A stretch of 63,161 nt of DNA, the filler included. It is 5 parts of 5 records of this genome, joined end to end, with 100 filler letters (N's around TTAATTAATTAA, not from the genome) between each part and the next. Parts side by side here need not be neighbours in the genome. Positions count along the whole stretch, not along the records: positions 20,491 to 42,508 come from SRR31156797_11252; 4 more parts are not named here. One strand, 5' to 3'. The notes under the pieces were generated by a model that searched no databases, was not told the origin of the DNA, and was given only the letters and a program-made list of their open reading frames with translations. Shown piece after piece: positions 20,491 to 31,874 of the stretch. The stretch's first letter is position 1. Each line of letters begins with the position of its first letter. A program made the translations under genes and the position numbers.

Positions 20491-20689
20491 GTTGATGAAG
20501 CTCTGAATCCTGCATCTTGAAGTCACTTAGGTATAAGGCTTATTGTCTTTCCTTGGATAACAAGCCCTAATCAGTGATCGCGCTAGCATATTCAAATATT
20601 TTGTCGCTAAATTTCATTTAGCTTCCCTACGTTGTCATCGTCGTGTGGCAAAATAAACGTTTAAAGATTGAGAAACGGAAAGAGTTATT

Positions 20690-22078
20690 ATGTCGTCGCA
20701 TGTCGTACCGAGTCAGCAGATTGTTTGGGATCGCGCTGTTTTAGACAAGTACAACTACTCTGGGCCACGTTACACGTCTTATCCTACTGCGGTTGAGTTC
20801 CATGAAGCTTTTACTATCGCAGATTATGATAGGGCTTGTGCGCAGTACCCGGACAGACCACTATCGCTTTACGTTCACATTCCGTTTTGTCACAAGCTTT
20901 GCTACTACTGTGGCTGTAATAAAGTTATCACTCGTCATTCGCATAAAGCGGATGAGTATCTTGATGTACTTGCGCATGAAATACAGCAACGCGCTTCTTT
21001 GCTTCAAGGGCGACGCGTTACTCAACTGCATTTTGGTGGCGGTACGCCAACATTTCTGACCAATAAGCAGATTAGTCGTTTAATGGAATTGCTCCGCGAT
21101 GAGTTTTTCTTTGAAGATGATGCCGAAATCAGTATCGAAATCGACCCTCGAGAAATTGAGTTAAGCGTGTTGGATCACCTGCGTCAGGAAGGATTTAACC
21201 GTATTAGTATTGGTGTTCAGGATTTCGATAAAGAAGTTCAAGCACTGGTGAACCGAGATCAAGATGAACAGTTCATCTTTGATTTAGTGGCGAGAGCAAA
21301 AGAACTCGGCTTCCGTTCGACCAACTTAGACCTGATTTATGGCCTACCAAAACAAACGCTCGAAACATTCAGCCAAACGTTAGAAAAAGTGTTGGAGATG
21401 AAACCGGGTCGCTTGTCGGTTTTTAATTACGCACACATGCCTCAAATGTTTGCTGCGCAGCGTAAAATTAAAGATGAAGATTTGCCAAATGCCGATGAAA
21501 AAATGGCCATTCTTCAGTACTCCATTTCAACGCTGACGGATGCGGGTTATCAGTTTATCGGGATGGATCACTTTGCTCTTCCTGATGATGAGTTGGCGAT
21601 TGCGCAGCGCAACGGAGTTTTGCACCGTAATTTCCAAGGTTATACCACCCAAGGTGAGTGTGATTTAGTTGGCTTTGGTGTATCAGCGATCTCTATGGTT
21701 GGTGATGCGTATGCGCAGAACCAGAAAGAATTGAAAAAGTATTACCATCAAGTGAATGAAATGCGTCATGCCTTATGGAAAGGCGTGACTCTTGATAGTG
21801 ACGACTTACTGCGTCGTGAAGTGATTAAGCAGCTAATTTGTAATTTTAAGCTGGATAAAACCGTCATTGAGCAGCAGTTTGGTGTTCGTTTCCACCAGTA
21901 TTTTAAACATGACTTGGCATTACTACAGACGTTTATTGATGACCAACTTGTGGTGATTGATGATCAATACATCGAAGTGACACTGCGCGGTCGACTACTG
22001 ATCCGTAATATTTGTATGTGCTTTGACAAGTACTTACGAGAGCGTGCGCGGCAGCAGCAATTTTCACGCGTGATTTAA
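20690..22078 (+). CDS. hemN: Oxygen-independent coproporphyrinogen III oxidase
   Basis: GPRYTSYPTA, radical SAM CHKLCYYCGC, HFGGGTP, LHRNFQGYT. Confidence 0.97.
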   Translation: MSSHVVPSQQIVWDRAVLDKYNYSGPRYTSYPTAVEFHEAFTIADYDRACAQYPDRPLSLYVHIPFCHKLCYYCGCNKVITRHSHKADEYLDVLAHEIQQRASLLQGRRVTQLHFGGGTPTFLTNKQISRLMELLRDEFFFEDDAEISIEIDPREIELSVLDHLRQEGFNRISIGVQDFDKEVQALVNRDQDEQFIFDLVARAKELGFRSTNLDLIYGLPKQTLETFSQTLEKVLEMKPGRLSVFNYAHMPQMFAAQRKIKDEDLPNADEKMAILQYSISTLTDAGYQFIGMDHFALPDDELAIAQRNGVLHRNFQGYTTQGECDLVGFGVSAISMVGDAYAQNQKELKKYYHQVNEMRHALWKGVTLDSDDLLRREVIKQLICNFKLDKTVIEQQFGVRFHQYFKHDLALLQTFIDDQLVVIDDQYIEVTLRGRLLIRNICMCFDKYLRERARQQQFSRVI

Positions 22079-22093
22079 TCGAAATGAAAAAGT

Positions 22094-22116
22094 AAAGCCA
22101 GCGAGATGCTGGCTTT
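22094..22116. terminator. Bidirectional terminator between hemN and hemY
   Basis: AAAGCCAGC-GAGAT-GCTGGCTTT between convergent genes. Confidence 0.75.
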
Positions 22117-22149
22117 GTTGTTTTTAAGGACTCGGTGTGAGTAACGAAT

Positions 22150-23331
22150 TTAGTTCGCTTCTAACAGAGTGAGTGCTTTACGCGTAACATCGTGGGCGGC
22201 ATGCGTCAGGTTTTGATGTTGGAGTGCATCCGCTAAATACGCGTAATCAGACACATTTGAGCGCAGAGATAAGGCTGTCTCAAGATGTTCTTGTGCAAGC
22301 TTCCACTCTTGCTCTCTCACGTAAAGTTGACCAATGGCGCTATGAGCTTCGGCATTATTGCCATCTTTGCGTAATGCCTCTTTCAGCATCACGATAGCAG
22401 GGTAGCGATCACTTAAGTTCAGCTCTGGAATTAAAGCATACAGCTCTGCTGAAGGTAGCTTCTTCAGGTTCTCTTTGATTAACGTAAAGGCCTCGTTGTC
22501 CGCCTTACGTTTAATCAGTTGTTGAATGAGGCTAAGCATCAATGTCGGTTCAGATTTTAGTTTGCGTGGTAATCCATTCCAGTGCGCCAGAAGACCTTCT
22601 GTTCCTTTCTGGCTAGCGATGCTTTCCAGTGCGCCACTTTGAGCCGTTAGTGTGAGCTTATCGGCTTCATCCTGAGTGAGCTTTTTCGCTTTTACTAACT
22701 TAGGTAGTAGATCGAGCAACGGCTGCCACTCTTTATTGTGCAAGTAGGTCTGTTTAAGCAGGTTAAGAATCACAGGGTTGTTCGGATGCTGGTTCTGCAG
22801 TGTTGTCAGCGTTTCTGTCGCTTTAGTGTATTCGCCATCGCTGATTTGTTGTTTCGCGCGAGTCAGTTCAACCGCCAAAGTGGCATTTTCTTGTTTTGCT
22901 GCGATAGCTAGGTAGTGGTCGCGCTTCTCTTTATCACCCATACCATTTGCTGCTTCAGAGGCAACAAGGTAGCAGAGTAAAGGCATATCGTGGTGATTTG
23001 CCCAACGAGTCACTTTTTTCTCAGCTTGTTTCCAGTCACCCTCGAGTAGCTTGATGATACCTTGGTTGGTATAGCGGCGAGAGCGGCGTTGTTTGCGTAC
23101 ACTAAACCAGTTCCAGGTGTTGAAGCTCATGTATAGGAAACGCTTAAACAAAAACTCCAGCAGGAACAAACCGGCTAACGCACCAATGATAAAAATAACC
23201 AGTGTGGTGACGCTCATTTCAATAGTTTTGCTAGCGATAGAGATCAGCACATAACCTTGTTGGCCTGAGTACTGAGTTCCAACAAACAGACCGGCACCAA
23301 GAACAACGAATAAGAAGATCAAACGTATCAT
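22150..23331 (-). CDS. hemY: HemY protein (TPR, Gammaproteobacterial type)
   Basis: Two N-terminal TMs, GYVLI...IEMS, TPR-like C-terminus; hemCDXY order. Confidence 0.9.
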   Translation of the reverse strand: MIRLIFLFVVLGAGLFVGTQYSGQQGYVLISIASKTIEMSVTTLVIFIIGALAGLFLLEFLFKRFLYMSFNTWNWFSVRKQRRSRRYTNQGIIKLLEGDWKQAEKKVTRWANHHDMPLLCYLVASEAANGMGDKEKRDHYLAIAAKQENATLAVELTRAKQQISDGEYTKATETLTTLQNQHPNNPVILNLLKQTYLHNKEWQPLLDLLPKLVKAKKLTQDEADKLTLTAQSGALESIASQKGTEGLLAHWNGLPRKLKSEPTLMLSLIQQLIKRKADNEAFTLIKENLKKLPSAELYALIPELNLSDRYPAIVMLKEALRKDGNNAEAHSAIGQLYVREQEWKLAQEHLETALSLRSNVSDYAYLADALQHQNLTHAAHDVTRKALTLLEAN

Positions 23332-24584
23332 TGTTTATCCTCCTGAATCACGGAAGTCACTTCACGTCTTAAGCGCTGAGTAATCACATCTGAAAGTTCT
23401 TTTTGGGTTTCCAGTTTAACCGGATACTCCACGTCAACTTTTTGTTTAGCAAGTTGTTCAAGTGCGGTTTGGAATGACTTAACCGCATTGTTATTCTGAT
23501 TGAAGAACGACTGTGACCACTGTTGTGCTGTGCCTAGCGCGGCAGTGTAGATTTCTTGTTGTTCCACATATACAGACTTAATGGCGGTTTCTAGCTTAGC
23601 TTTAATGTTTTCTTTCAGGTAGAAGTGCTGCTCTGGCGAGAGTAACGGAATAATATTGCCATCGCGTGTGCGGAAGGTAATAAAGTTCTCTGAGAAATCT
23701 TTCAGCGACGTCATTAAGTTGGTTTGCCAATCGTTAATGTCTTGAGAGACAACTTGTTCTTCGACTTGTTCTGCTTCTGGAAGAATGGCATTTGCCAGAG
23801 GTAAAGCATCAACCTGTTGTTGCAGGCTTGATAAACGTAAAACTAAACCGTCGCGATCGATCAGCGGAATCGATTTTAGCTTAGTAATATCATTCGCCAT
23901 CGATTTACGCAGTGGTGTTAAGCTTGGATCGTTAAGTGCGGCGATGCGCTGGTCAGCGGTTTCCATCAGTTGGGTTGCACTTTCTACGTCATGCTCAATA
24001 AAGAGCTTACGGCCAGCCAGTTTGACTAAGTAGTCCGCTTCCGCCAGTAGCCAGTCATTTGGACGACGACCTTTAACGTCAGCCATCGCAACTTGTAAGC
24101 TGTGAATGCTTTTTTGTTGTTGTTCTAACACGGTTTCTACGCGATGGGTGATTTCAGTCGCTTTGCTACTCGCTTGCTCAGTAACGCTGGCAAGTTGGGA
24201 ATCAATGGTACCGCGTGTTTGTTTTAGCTCTGCGCGAAGTGCGGTGATTTGGTCTTGGTACGCCGCTTCTTGCTGCTGCATGTGAAGGGCTAAACCACCG
24301 CTGAGTAGCACTGACAAAACAATCGCCACAGTACCAAGCTTCACGCCTTTCTTGCTCTGTTTCTCCAGCTTTTCGTTATTGTTCGCTTCTGGTTTTGCAG
24401 AGTTGGCTTTAGGTGTTGGGGTTGATTTTTCTTTAACGGATTCTTTCTTCTCAGCGACGCTGTCAGTCTTAGATTTATCCTGCTCTGATTCTGGGGTTGG
24501 CGGAGTGTCTGTTGGCGCAGCAGTAGAAAGTGTTTGTTGTTTATTGTCCGGTTCGTTTTGCGGATTATCTTTTTTACTTGTCAT
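23328..24584 (-). CDS. hemX: HemX protein
   Basis: Single TM, coiled coil, DWLLAEADYLVKLAGRKL, PLLSPEQHFYL. Confidence 0.9.
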   Translation of the reverse strand: MTSKKDNPQNEPDNKQQTLSTAAPTDTPPTPESEQDKSKTDSVAEKKESVKEKSTPTPKANSAKPEANNNEKLEKQSKKGVKLGTVAIVLSVLLSGGLALHMQQQEAAYQDQITALRAELKQTRGTIDSQLASVTEQASSKATEITHRVETVLEQQQKSIHSLQVAMADVKGRRPNDWLLAEADYLVKLAGRKLFIEHDVESATQLMETADQRIAALNDPSLTPLRKSMANDITKLKSIPLIDRDGLVLRLSSLQQQVDALPLANAILPEAEQVEEQVVSQDINDWQTNLMTSLKDFSENFITFRTRDGNIIPLLSPEQHFYLKENIKAKLETAIKSVYVEQQEIYTAALGTAQQWSQSFFNQNNNAVKSFQTALEQLAKQKVDVEYPVKLETQKELSDVITQRLRREVTSVIQEDKQ

Positions 24585-24602
24585 TGCTGAAAGTCCTGTG
24601 TG

Positions 24603-25331
24603 TTATGGCTGGAGAGCCGCCACTAAATCCGGGTTTGACGCACTCTGTGAAGTCAGGGTGTGCGTAAATCCCAAAGCTTTTGCATCGCGAGCAATTCGCT
24701 CGCTGGGTACGACCAAAATCAACTGGCGAGCCCATGTTGAGCCAATCTCATCCAGTTGAGATAAAAAGTACGTTAGCTGATGGCTACTGGTTATGACCAG
24801 GGTATCGATTTGAGCCTGTTGCCATTCTTGGACGCATATACTGCCATTAAAAGGAACATTCGTTCTTTGATATACCTCTTTGTAATGCACATTGGCACCA
24901 CGTTGGGTAAGCGTTTCAAAGATAAGATCACGTCCACCATTACCGCGTAAAATAATAATATTTTGTCCGGAAACAGATTGAAGATCGGTCAATTCGAGTA
25001 AATGCTCGCTATCACTAACTTCAGGGTAGTTTACTGATTGTCCACTTGCTTTGCTTAAAAGGTGTGCTGTTTTTTGACCAACGGCAAGGTATCTTGTTGA
25101 TGTTGGCCAAAATGATTGCTGATTTCTCAGAAATTGGTCACTTAAAGCAACAGCATGCTGACTTACCGCAATGATGGTATCACACTTGTGAATGTCGGGA
25201 ATGAGCTGAGGCAGGTCAGTGCCTGCCTCGATAGTGATGAGCGGTTGGTGTAGCGCAGTGATGCCAACGTTAGTCAGTTGTTGGCACAACGATTTGCCTT
25301 GCTCGTCGGGACGAGTCACCAATACTGCCAT
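24603..25331 (-). CDS. hemD: Uroporphyrinogen-III synthase
   Basis: VLVTRP, AVGQKTA, LRGNGGR, VYQR. Confidence 0.93.
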   Translation of the reverse strand: MAVLVTRPDEQGKSLCQQLTNVGITALHQPLITIEAGTDLPQLIPDIHKCDTIIAVSQHAVALSDQFLRNQQSFWPTSTRYLAVGQKTAHLLSKASGQSVNYPEVSDSEHLLELTDLQSVSGQNIIILRGNGGRDLIFETLTQRGANVHYKEVYQRTNVPFNGSICVQEWQQAQIDTLVITSSHQLTYFLSQLDEIGSTWARQLILVVPSERIARDAKALGFTHTLTSQSASNPDLVAALQP

Positions 25332-25334
25332 GGC

Positions 25335-26273
25335 TTAGTCTTGCTCTGCGTATAACTTGGTTAAAATTTCTTTAGCGCCGTTATCCAACAACTCATTAGC
25401 CAGCTCGATACCTAAACGCTCGGCATCTTGGCGATGACCACGAATTTCACCACGAATGACTTCAGAACCATCGGGCTCGCCAACTAGCGCGCGCAGCCAA
25501 AGCTGGTCGTTCTCTAACAAAGAGTAGCTACCAATCGGTACCTGACACCCACCTTCCAGAGTTATGTTCATAGCTCGTTCGCACTTAACACGATCTGCGG
25601 TATCAGCGTGGTTAAGCGGCTCTAAAAGCTTAATTAACCGCTCATCATCTAAGCGGCACTCAATGCCAACAGCACCTTGACCCACAGCCGGGAGGGATTG
25701 TTCTGGTTCAATAAAGCTGCGAATACGTTCTTCCAGTTCTAAACGCTTTAAGCCTGCAGCAGCAAGGACAATGGCATCATATTCACCAGCGTCTAGTTTA
25801 CCTAAACGAGTGCCAACGTTACCACGCAGTTCTTTGATGATCAGGTCTGGACGTGCTTCTTTTAATTGGCATTGACGGCGTAAGCTACAGGTACCCACCA
25901 CAGCACCTTGTGGTAGCTCTTCAATAGAGTTATAGGTATTTGAAACAAAAGCGTCACGAGGGTCACCTCGTTCACAGATGGTCACTAAACCTAATCCTTC
26001 AGGAAACTCAACCGGTACGTCTTTCATGGAATGAACGGCAAGATCGGCGCGTCCCTCTAACATTGCAACTTCGAGCTCTTTGACGAACAATCCTTTACCA
26101 CCGACTTTAGCGAGCGGTGTATCTAAAATGATATCGCCTTTTGTCACCATGGTAACCAATTCGACTTCTAAGCCGAGATGAGCGGCTTGCAGAGCATCTC
26201 TGACATAATAAGCTTGCCATAAAGCGAGTGGACTTTGACGTGTTGCAATTCGAATTGGAGTTGTTTGTGTCAT
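25335..26273 (-). CDS. hemC: Hydroxymethylbilane synthase
   Basis: [50 protein letters not shown]. Confidence 0.97.
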   Translation of the reverse strand: MTQTTPIRIATRQSPLALWQAYYVRDALQAAHLGLEVELVTMVTKGDIILDTPLAKVGGKGLFVKELEVAMLEGRADLAVHSMKDVPVEFPEGLGLVTICERGDPRDAFVSNTYNSIEELPQGAVVGTCSLRRQCQLKEARPDLIIKELRGNVGTRLGKLDAGEYDAIVLAAAGLKRLELEERIRSFIEPEQSLPAVGQGAVGIECRLDDERLIKLLEPLNHADTADRVKCERAMNITLEGGCQVPIGSYSLLENDQLWLRALVGEPDGSEVIRGEIRGHRQDAERLGIELANELLDNGAKEILTKLYAEQD

Positions 26274-26404
26274 GTTATTTCCGATATATATAAATAATTT
26301 GTAGGGCGATTGACGTTTTTAGTTTACCACCGTAAAAAAGAAAGTATCACTACTAGTTATTCTTCTTAAACGTATGGTGTTTTATTACGAAATTAATGGG
26401 GTAA

Positions 26405-26426
26405 AAATGTGACATTTAACACGTTA
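26405..26426. promoter_or_regulatory. CRP-like site in the hemC-cyaA intergenic region
   Basis: aaaTGTGAcatttaACACGtta versus consensus TGTGA-N6-TCACA. Confidence 0.55.
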
Positions 26427-26553
26427 AGAACTATGTTTTATTATAAAAAAACGATAGATAGTAACAGAACTTGAAATGACTGCTTTTTCAGCCCCTTGTG
26501 ATATAAGACTTTAGTGTGACTTAGTACCAAGATCGCTTTACCACTACTGATTA

Positions 26554-26575
26554 AAGTGTTAAATTGATCACGTTT
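26554..26575 (+). promoter_or_regulatory. CRP site of the cyaA promoter
   Basis: aagTGTTAaattgaTCACGttt, nearly identical to the E. coli cya P2 CRP repression site as I recall it. Confidence 0.75.
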
Positions 26576-26640
26576 TAATGGCGCTTTAGTGTAAAACACG
26601 ACCAATATGCGCACTTTTTGTTTCAACCAAGGACAACACC

Positions 26641-29169
26641 TTGCAGGCTTACACAACGACGTTAATCCAAAGATTAGATAAGTTAAACCAGCAGCGCATT
26701 GAGCGTTCGTTGGCTCTTATGGATTTACAAAGCCAGCGTGTATTTCAGCTGATCCCTGCGCTGTTTCATTATAATCACCCAATCATTCCCGGCTATTTTA
26801 GCGATGATGTGCCTTCCGGTATTCATTGCTTTGAACTGAATGATATTCAGAAGCAATTTGTTTCTGATACCCAACTCACTATTAATCAACCTCTAGCGAC
26901 GGCGGCTCATCCAGAAATATTGGGTTTGTACACCATGGGTAGTACTTCGTCGATTGGTCAGAGTACTTCAAGTGATTTAGATATCTGGGTTTGTGTGAGC
27001 TCTTGGATGAAGCCTGAGGCGAGAGAGCGTCTGATCAATAAGTGTTTGCTCATTACGGATTGGGCAAAAAGTCAGGGCGTTGAAGCAAACTTTTTCCTGA
27101 TGGATGAAGAGCGATTCCGCACCAATCAATCAGAAGAGATGACCGGTGAAAACTGTGGTTCTTCTCAACATTTACTGTTGTTGGATGAATTCTACCGTTC
27201 AGCAATGCGATTGGCGGGTAAGCGTCTACTTTGGCAAATTGTGCCGCCAGAAATGGAAGAGTGTTATGACCAATATGTGGCAGAGTTGTGTGCGAAATCC
27301 TATATCGATTGCAGCGAATGGATTGATTTCGGTCAGCTAAACCATATCCCCGCAGAAGAGTATTTTGGTGCCAATTTATGGCAACTGTATAAGAGTATAG
27401 ACTCGCCGTATAAGTCAGTGATGAAGGCGATTTTGCTTGAAGCTTATTCGTGGGAATACCCGCATACTCAGTTATTGAGTATTGACAGCAAACGTCGTTT
27501 TTTCGCTCATGATCCAGACCTGTACAGCATGGATTCTTATTACTTAATGCTGGAAAAAGTGACTCGTTACTTAGAGCGTATTGGTGATAGCACTCGTTTA
27601 GATTTAGTCCGTCGTTGTTTCTACCTGAAAACCCATGAAAAGCTTTCACGTGAGCCGGGTGTTGGTTCTGTTGAGTGGCGTCGTGAAGCGTTAGGCGAAT
27701 TAACCTCAGCATGGGGTTGGGACAGCTCTGTGATTGAAGAGTTGGATAATCGTCGTCACTGGAAAGTGGAACAAGTTAAAGTGGTACACCACTCACTGCT
27801 TGATGCTTTGATGCTGAGTTACCGCAACTTAATTCAGTTTGCACGTCGTAATGACATTACATCCGCAATCAGCCCTCAAGATATTTCGATTCTTGCTCGT
27901 AAGCTTTATGCCGCGTTTGAAGTGCTACCGGGTAAAGTGACTCTGCTCAACCCGCAAATTTCACCGGATCTCCATGAGCCAGATCTGACTTTCATTGAAG
28001 TAAGTCCTGGGCGTACCAATAAACCAGGCTGGTACCTGTACAAGCAACCTATCGAAGCTCATCGCCTGATTGGCCAACCTGTACTTGAGCATAATGAATA
28101 CCTCAGTAAGTTAGTCGCTTGGTCGTTTTTTAACGGCATGATTACGGAATCTACCCGTTTACATTCTGTGGTTCGTGGTGCTCATCTGGATATCGATAAG
28201 TTTTATCAGATGGTGAGTGATTTACGTAATACGTTCTCTTTGCGTAAACGTCGCCCGACGATGCAAGCGTTGGCAAGTCCGTGTGAAATCAGCCAGCTTG
28301 CGATGTTCATCAATTTTGAAAATGACCCAACCGCCGAACTGACGGGCAAGTCTTTAAAAGTCGATTTAAAGAAAGCGGATATTTTCAGCTTTGGTCCAGA
28401 GCAAAAGTGCTTGGTGGGCAGTGTTGACTTAGTTTATCGAAACTCATGGCAAGAAGTTCGTACTCTGCATTTTAAAGGCGAGACCTCTATGATGGAGGCT
28501 CTCAAAACCGTACTGGGTAAGATGCATCAGGATGCGTTGCCACCAGAATCGGTAGATGTATTCTGCTACAGCCAAAATTTGCGTGGCGTTATGCGTAACT
28601 TGGTTTATCAACTGCTCGCTGAATGTATTGATTTACGTTTGAAGCCTGTTGAGCCAGAAAAGCGTCGCCGATTTAAGGCCTTGCGCGTTGGAGATCAAAT
28701 GTATGGTTTGTTCTTCGAACGTCGTGGAGTCTCGGTGCAGAAGCTGGAAAACTCGGTAGACTTCTACCGCAGTATCTCGACCAATAAGTTGAAAGGTTCG
28801 CCGCTGTTGATGCTCGACCGCGATCAGGATTATCAGCTGCCGGATGTGGTTGACGGTTACGCGAGTGAAGGTCTGGTGCAGTTCTTCTTTGAAGACACCG
28901 ATAAAGGCTTCAATATTTACGTACTCGATGAAAACAACCGAATAGAAGTTTACCACCAGTTCAATGGTGAAAAAGATGAGATGATTACCAGCGTAAACTC
29001 ATTCTACACCTCGGTACGAGATGACAACGAGTTAGCTTCTCAACTGATCAATTTTAACTTGCCACAGTATTATCAAATTGTTCATCCGGAAGAGGGTGAA
29101 ACTTATGTCATTCCTTATCGTAATGACTCTTCGCATTACTCCAAACCGTCCAAAGCGGTTAATGCATAA
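26641..29169 (+). CDS. cyaA: Class I adenylate cyclase
   Basis: TTG start as in E. coli; GLYTMGSTSSIGQSTSSDLDIW, LLLDEFYRS; 842 aa; between hemC and cyaY. Confidence 0.97.
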   Translation: MQAYTTTLIQRLDKLNQQRIERSLALMDLQSQRVFQLIPALFHYNHPIIPGYFSDDVPSGIHCFELNDIQKQFVSDTQLTINQPLATAAHPEILGLYTMGSTSSIGQSTSSDLDIWVCVSSWMKPEARERLINKCLLITDWAKSQGVEANFFLMDEERFRTNQSEEMTGENCGSSQHLLLLDEFYRSAMRLAGKRLLWQIVPPEMEECYDQYVAELCAKSYIDCSEWIDFGQLNHIPAEEYFGANLWQLYKSIDSPYKSVMKAILLEAYSWEYPHTQLLSIDSKRRFFAHDPDLYSMDSYYLMLEKVTRYLERIGDSTRLDLVRRCFYLKTHEKLSREPGVGSVEWRREALGELTSAWGWDSSVIEELDNRRHWKVEQVKVVHHSLLDALMLSYRNLIQFARRNDITSAISPQDISILARKLYAAFEVLPGKVTLLNPQISPDLHEPDLTFIEVSPGRTNKPGWYLYKQPIEAHRLIGQPVLEHNEYLSKLVAWSFFNGMITESTRLHSVVRGAHLDIDKFYQMVSDLRNTFSLRKRRPTMQALASPCEISQLAMFINFENDPTAELTGKSLKVDLKKADIFSFGPEQKCLVGSVDLVYRNSWQEVRTLHFKGETSMMEALKTVLGKMHQDALPPESVDVFCYSQNLRGVMRNLVYQLLAECIDLRLKPVEPEKRRRFKALRVGDQMYGLFFERRGVSVQKLENSVDFYRSISTNKLKGSPLLMLDRDQDYQLPDVVDGYASEGLVQFFFEDTDKGFNIYVLDENNRIEVYHQFNGEKDEMITSVNSFYTSVRDDNELASQLINFNLPQYYQIVHPEEGETYVIPYRNDSSHYSKPSKAVNA

Positions 29170-29182
29170 AAGCGGAATAACA

Positions 29183-29208
29183 AAAAAGAGCACCTAGGTG
29201 CTCTTTTT
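29183..29208. terminator. Bidirectional terminator between cyaA and cyaY
   Basis: Perfect palindrome AAAAAGAGCACCTAGGTGCTCTTTTT. Confidence 0.85.
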
Positions 29209-29222
29209 GCTTTACAGGAAAC

Positions 29223-29537
29223 TTATTCCCAATCTATTGCTTCCCCAGCGTGCTTTTCGCATTCAGTTTTTACCATGCTAATGAGCTCAACTCCGGTTTT
29301 AGAACAGATCCATTGTTCGTCTTTCCACTGGAAGTGAAAGCCACCAGACTTCGACGCTAACCAAATCTCTTTCATCGGTTCTTGGCGGTTAATAATGATT
29401 TGGCTACGGTCATCAAACTCTAGTGTCATCACGTTACCAGAGGTCTCATAGTCAATATCAGCGCCGGAATCATCAATCGCTTCTTCAATGATTTGCATCT
29501 GAGTGTCGACCAGTTGATGAAATTCAGTCTCGTTCAT
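29223..29537 (-). CDS. cyaY: Iron donor protein CyaY (frataxin)
   Basis: MNETEFHQL, IIINRQEP..EIWLASKSGGFHF. Confidence 0.96.
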   Translation of the reverse strand: MNETEFHQLVDTQMQIIEEAIDDSGADIDYETSGNVMTLEFDDRSQIIINRQEPMKEIWLASKSGGFHFQWKDEQWICSKTGVELISMVKTECEKHAGEAIDWE

Positions 29538-29612
29538 CCTATCTGTCCTATTGCTTTTCCTGATTGTGGTGCGATTATAGGGGGCATTGAATCAATAATC
29601 ACGACATGCAAA

Positions 29613-29729
29613 ATGAAAAAGTCTATAACAGCAATTTTTCTGCTGTCTGTGCTCGCTTTAGCCGGGTGTGGACAAACTGGGCCACTTTACATGCCAGATG
29701 ACGCTCAAAATAGTGAGCAAAGCGAATAA
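29613..29729 (+). CDS. lptM: Small lipoprotein LptM/YifL
   Basis: MKKSITAIFLLSVLALAG-CGQTGPLYMP; lipobox plus CGxxGPLYxP motif; upstream of lysA-dapF. Confidence 0.85.
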   Translation: MKKSITAIFLLSVLALAGCGQTGPLYMPDDAQNSEQSE

Positions 29730-29759
29730 ATTCAAACGATTACAGTAAGGGAAAGCATT

Positions 29760-31013
29760 TTGGATCACTTCAATTATCAGGATGATGGCCAGCTTTGGGC
29801 AGAAAATACATCACTGACTCAATTAGCTGAGCAGTTTGGTACGCCATTATACGTATACTCACGTGCAACTTTAGAACGCCATTGGCACGCTTTCGATAAG
29901 TCAGTTGCTGACCATCCACATTTGGTTTGTTATGCGGTTAAGGCTAACTCTAACCTTGGGGTGTTGAATACATTAGCCCGTCTTGGTTCAGGCTTTGACA
30001 TCGTTTCTGGTGGTGAGCTGGAGCGTGTGATTGCAGCCGGTGGCGATCCAGCAAAAGTGGTGTTTTCTGGTGTGGGTAAAACCGAAGCAGAAATGAAGCG
30101 AGCGCTTGAGCTAAAAATTAAGTGTTTTAACGTCGAATCAGAGCCAGAACTTGAGCGTTTAAATAAGGTGGCGGGAGAGCTAGGCGTTAAAGCGCCAATC
30201 TCACTGCGCATTAATCCAGACGTCGATGCAAAAACTCACCCTTATATTTCGACGGGTCTACGTGACAATAAATTTGGGATTGCGTTTGATCGTGCTCCTG
30301 AAGTGTACCGACTTGCTCAAGGGCTGGAAAACTTAACGGTTTGTGGTATCGACTGCCACATCGGTTCTCAGTTGACGGATATTGAGCCGTTTATTGATGC
30401 CACTGACCGTTTATTAGCATTGATTGATGATTTGAAAGCGGCGGGCATTAAGATTAAACACTTAGATGTCGGTGGTGGTTTAGGCGTGGTTTATCGCGAT
30501 GAGCTTCCTCCTCAACCTTCAGATTACGCAAAAGCGTTACTGGCGCGTTTGGAAAACCATCAGGACCTTGAGTTGATCTTTGAGCCGGGTCGTGCGATTG
30601 CTGCAAACGCAGGTGTGTTACTGACTCGAGTTGAGTTCTTAAAGCACACAGAACATAAGAACTTTGCGATTATCGACGCTGCGATGAATGATTTGATGCG
30701 TCCTGCATTGTATCAAGCATGGCAAGACATCATCCCAGTGGCACCTCGTGAAGGTGAACCAACGACTTACGATTTGGTTGGCCCAATTTGTGAAACGGGT
30801 GACTTTCTGGGCAAAGACCGCGCTCTTGTGATTGATGCTGGCGACTTACTTGCGGTTCGTTCTGCGGGCGCATACGGTTTTGCTATGTCATCAAACTACA
30901 ATACTCGTACTCGCGCCGCTGAAGTGATGGTTGATGGTGAAAAAGTTCACCTTGTTCGTAAACGCGAAGAGTTAAGCAGCCTTTGGGCGCTAGAAAATAT
31001 TTTACCGGAGTAA
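29760..31013 (+). CDS. lysA: Diaminopimelate decarboxylase
   Basis: [35 protein letters not shown]. Confidence 0.97.
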   Translation: MDHFNYQDDGQLWAENTSLTQLAEQFGTPLYVYSRATLERHWHAFDKSVADHPHLVCYAVKANSNLGVLNTLARLGSGFDIVSGGELERVIAAGGDPAKVVFSGVGKTEAEMKRALELKIKCFNVESEPELERLNKVAGELGVKAPISLRINPDVDAKTHPYISTGLRDNKFGIAFDRAPEVYRLAQGLENLTVCGIDCHIGSQLTDIEPFIDATDRLLALIDDLKAAGIKIKHLDVGGGLGVVYRDELPPQPSDYAKALLARLENHQDLELIFEPGRAIAANAGVLLTRVEFLKHTEHKNFAIIDAAMNDLMRPALYQAWQDIIPVAPREGEPTTYDLVGPICETGDFLGKDRALVIDAGDLLAVRSAGAYGFAMSSNYNTRTRAAEVMVDGEKVHLVRKREELSSLWALENILPE

Positions 31014-31024
31014 AGAGACACATT

Positions 31025-31855
31025 ATGCATTTCCATTTTTCTAAAATGCATGGTTTGGGTAATGATTTCATGGTTGTGGATTGCATTACTCAAAACGCTT
31101 ATTTCTCTCCAGATTTGATCCGCCGTTTGGCGGATCGTCATACCGGAGTGGGCTTCGACCAGCTGTTGGTGGTTGAAGCACCTTATGATCCAGAAACTGA
31201 CTTCCACTACCGTATTTTTAATGCGGATGGCAGTGAAGTTGAGCAGTGTGGTAACGGAGCACGTTGTTTTGCTCGTTTTGTCCGTATGAAAGGGCTAACG
31301 AATAAGTACAGCATCAGTGTTAGCACCAAAAAAGGCAAAATGATTCTGAATGTTGGCGAAGGTGATGACATCACCGTCAACATGGGGGTGCCTGAGTTCG
31401 AACCAAGCAAGATTCCATTCCGTGCGAAGCAGATGGAAAAAACTTACATCATGCGTGTTGAAGACAAAACACTATTCTGTGGCGCTGTGAGTATGGGCAA
31501 TCCACATGTTGTCACCGTAGTGGATGATGTTGATACTGCGGATGTCGACACATTGGGACCCTTGTTGGAATCTCACGAACGTTTTCCTGAGCGAGTCAAT
31601 GCTGGCTTTATGCAGGTCGTTAGCCGTAATGAAGTTAAACTGCGCGTTTATGAGCGTGGTGCTGGCGAAACTCAAGCGTGTGGCAGCGGTGCCTGTGGTG
31701 CGGTTGCGGTTGGCATTCTTCAAGGTCTGCTTGATGAGCGCGTTAAAGTGCATTTGCCTGGTGGTAGCTTGGAAATTCAGTGGAAAGGTCAAGGTAGCCC
31801 GCTCTACATGACAGGACCCGCTGTGCACGTCTACGACGGCCAACTCTCCTGTTAA
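31025..31855 (+). CDS. dapF: Diaminopimelate epimerase
   Basis: [38 protein letters not shown]; start at ATG 31025. Confidence 0.97.
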   Translation: MHFHFSKMHGLGNDFMVVDCITQNAYFSPDLIRRLADRHTGVGFDQLLVVEAPYDPETDFHYRIFNADGSEVEQCGNGARCFARFVRMKGLTNKYSISVSTKKGKMILNVGEGDDITVNMGVPEFEPSKIPFRAKQMEKTYIMRVEDKTLFCGAVSMGNPHVVTVVDDVDTADVDTLGPLLESHERFPERVNAGFMQVVSRNEVKLRVYERGAGETQACGSGACGAVAVGILQGLLDERVKVHLPGGSLEIQWKGQGSPLYMTGPAVHVYDGQLSC

Positions 31856-31874
31856 CCCAATTTAAGGATTCATT

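Noticed and set aside
25335-26273. Apparent substitutions in HemC (AHLG, CERGD)
   Set aside because: Reading frame and catalytic motifs are intact; cannot be told apart from strain variation or base-call error.
27053-27712. 219-aa antisense ORF inside cyaA, and similar shadow ORFs (2564-2989, 13609-14109, 24352-24759)
   Set aside because: Overlap well-supported genes on the opposite strand and show no recognisable motifs.
26641-29169. Functional link between cyaA and the CNG channel/cyclase pair
   Set aside because: Different contigs from different phyla.
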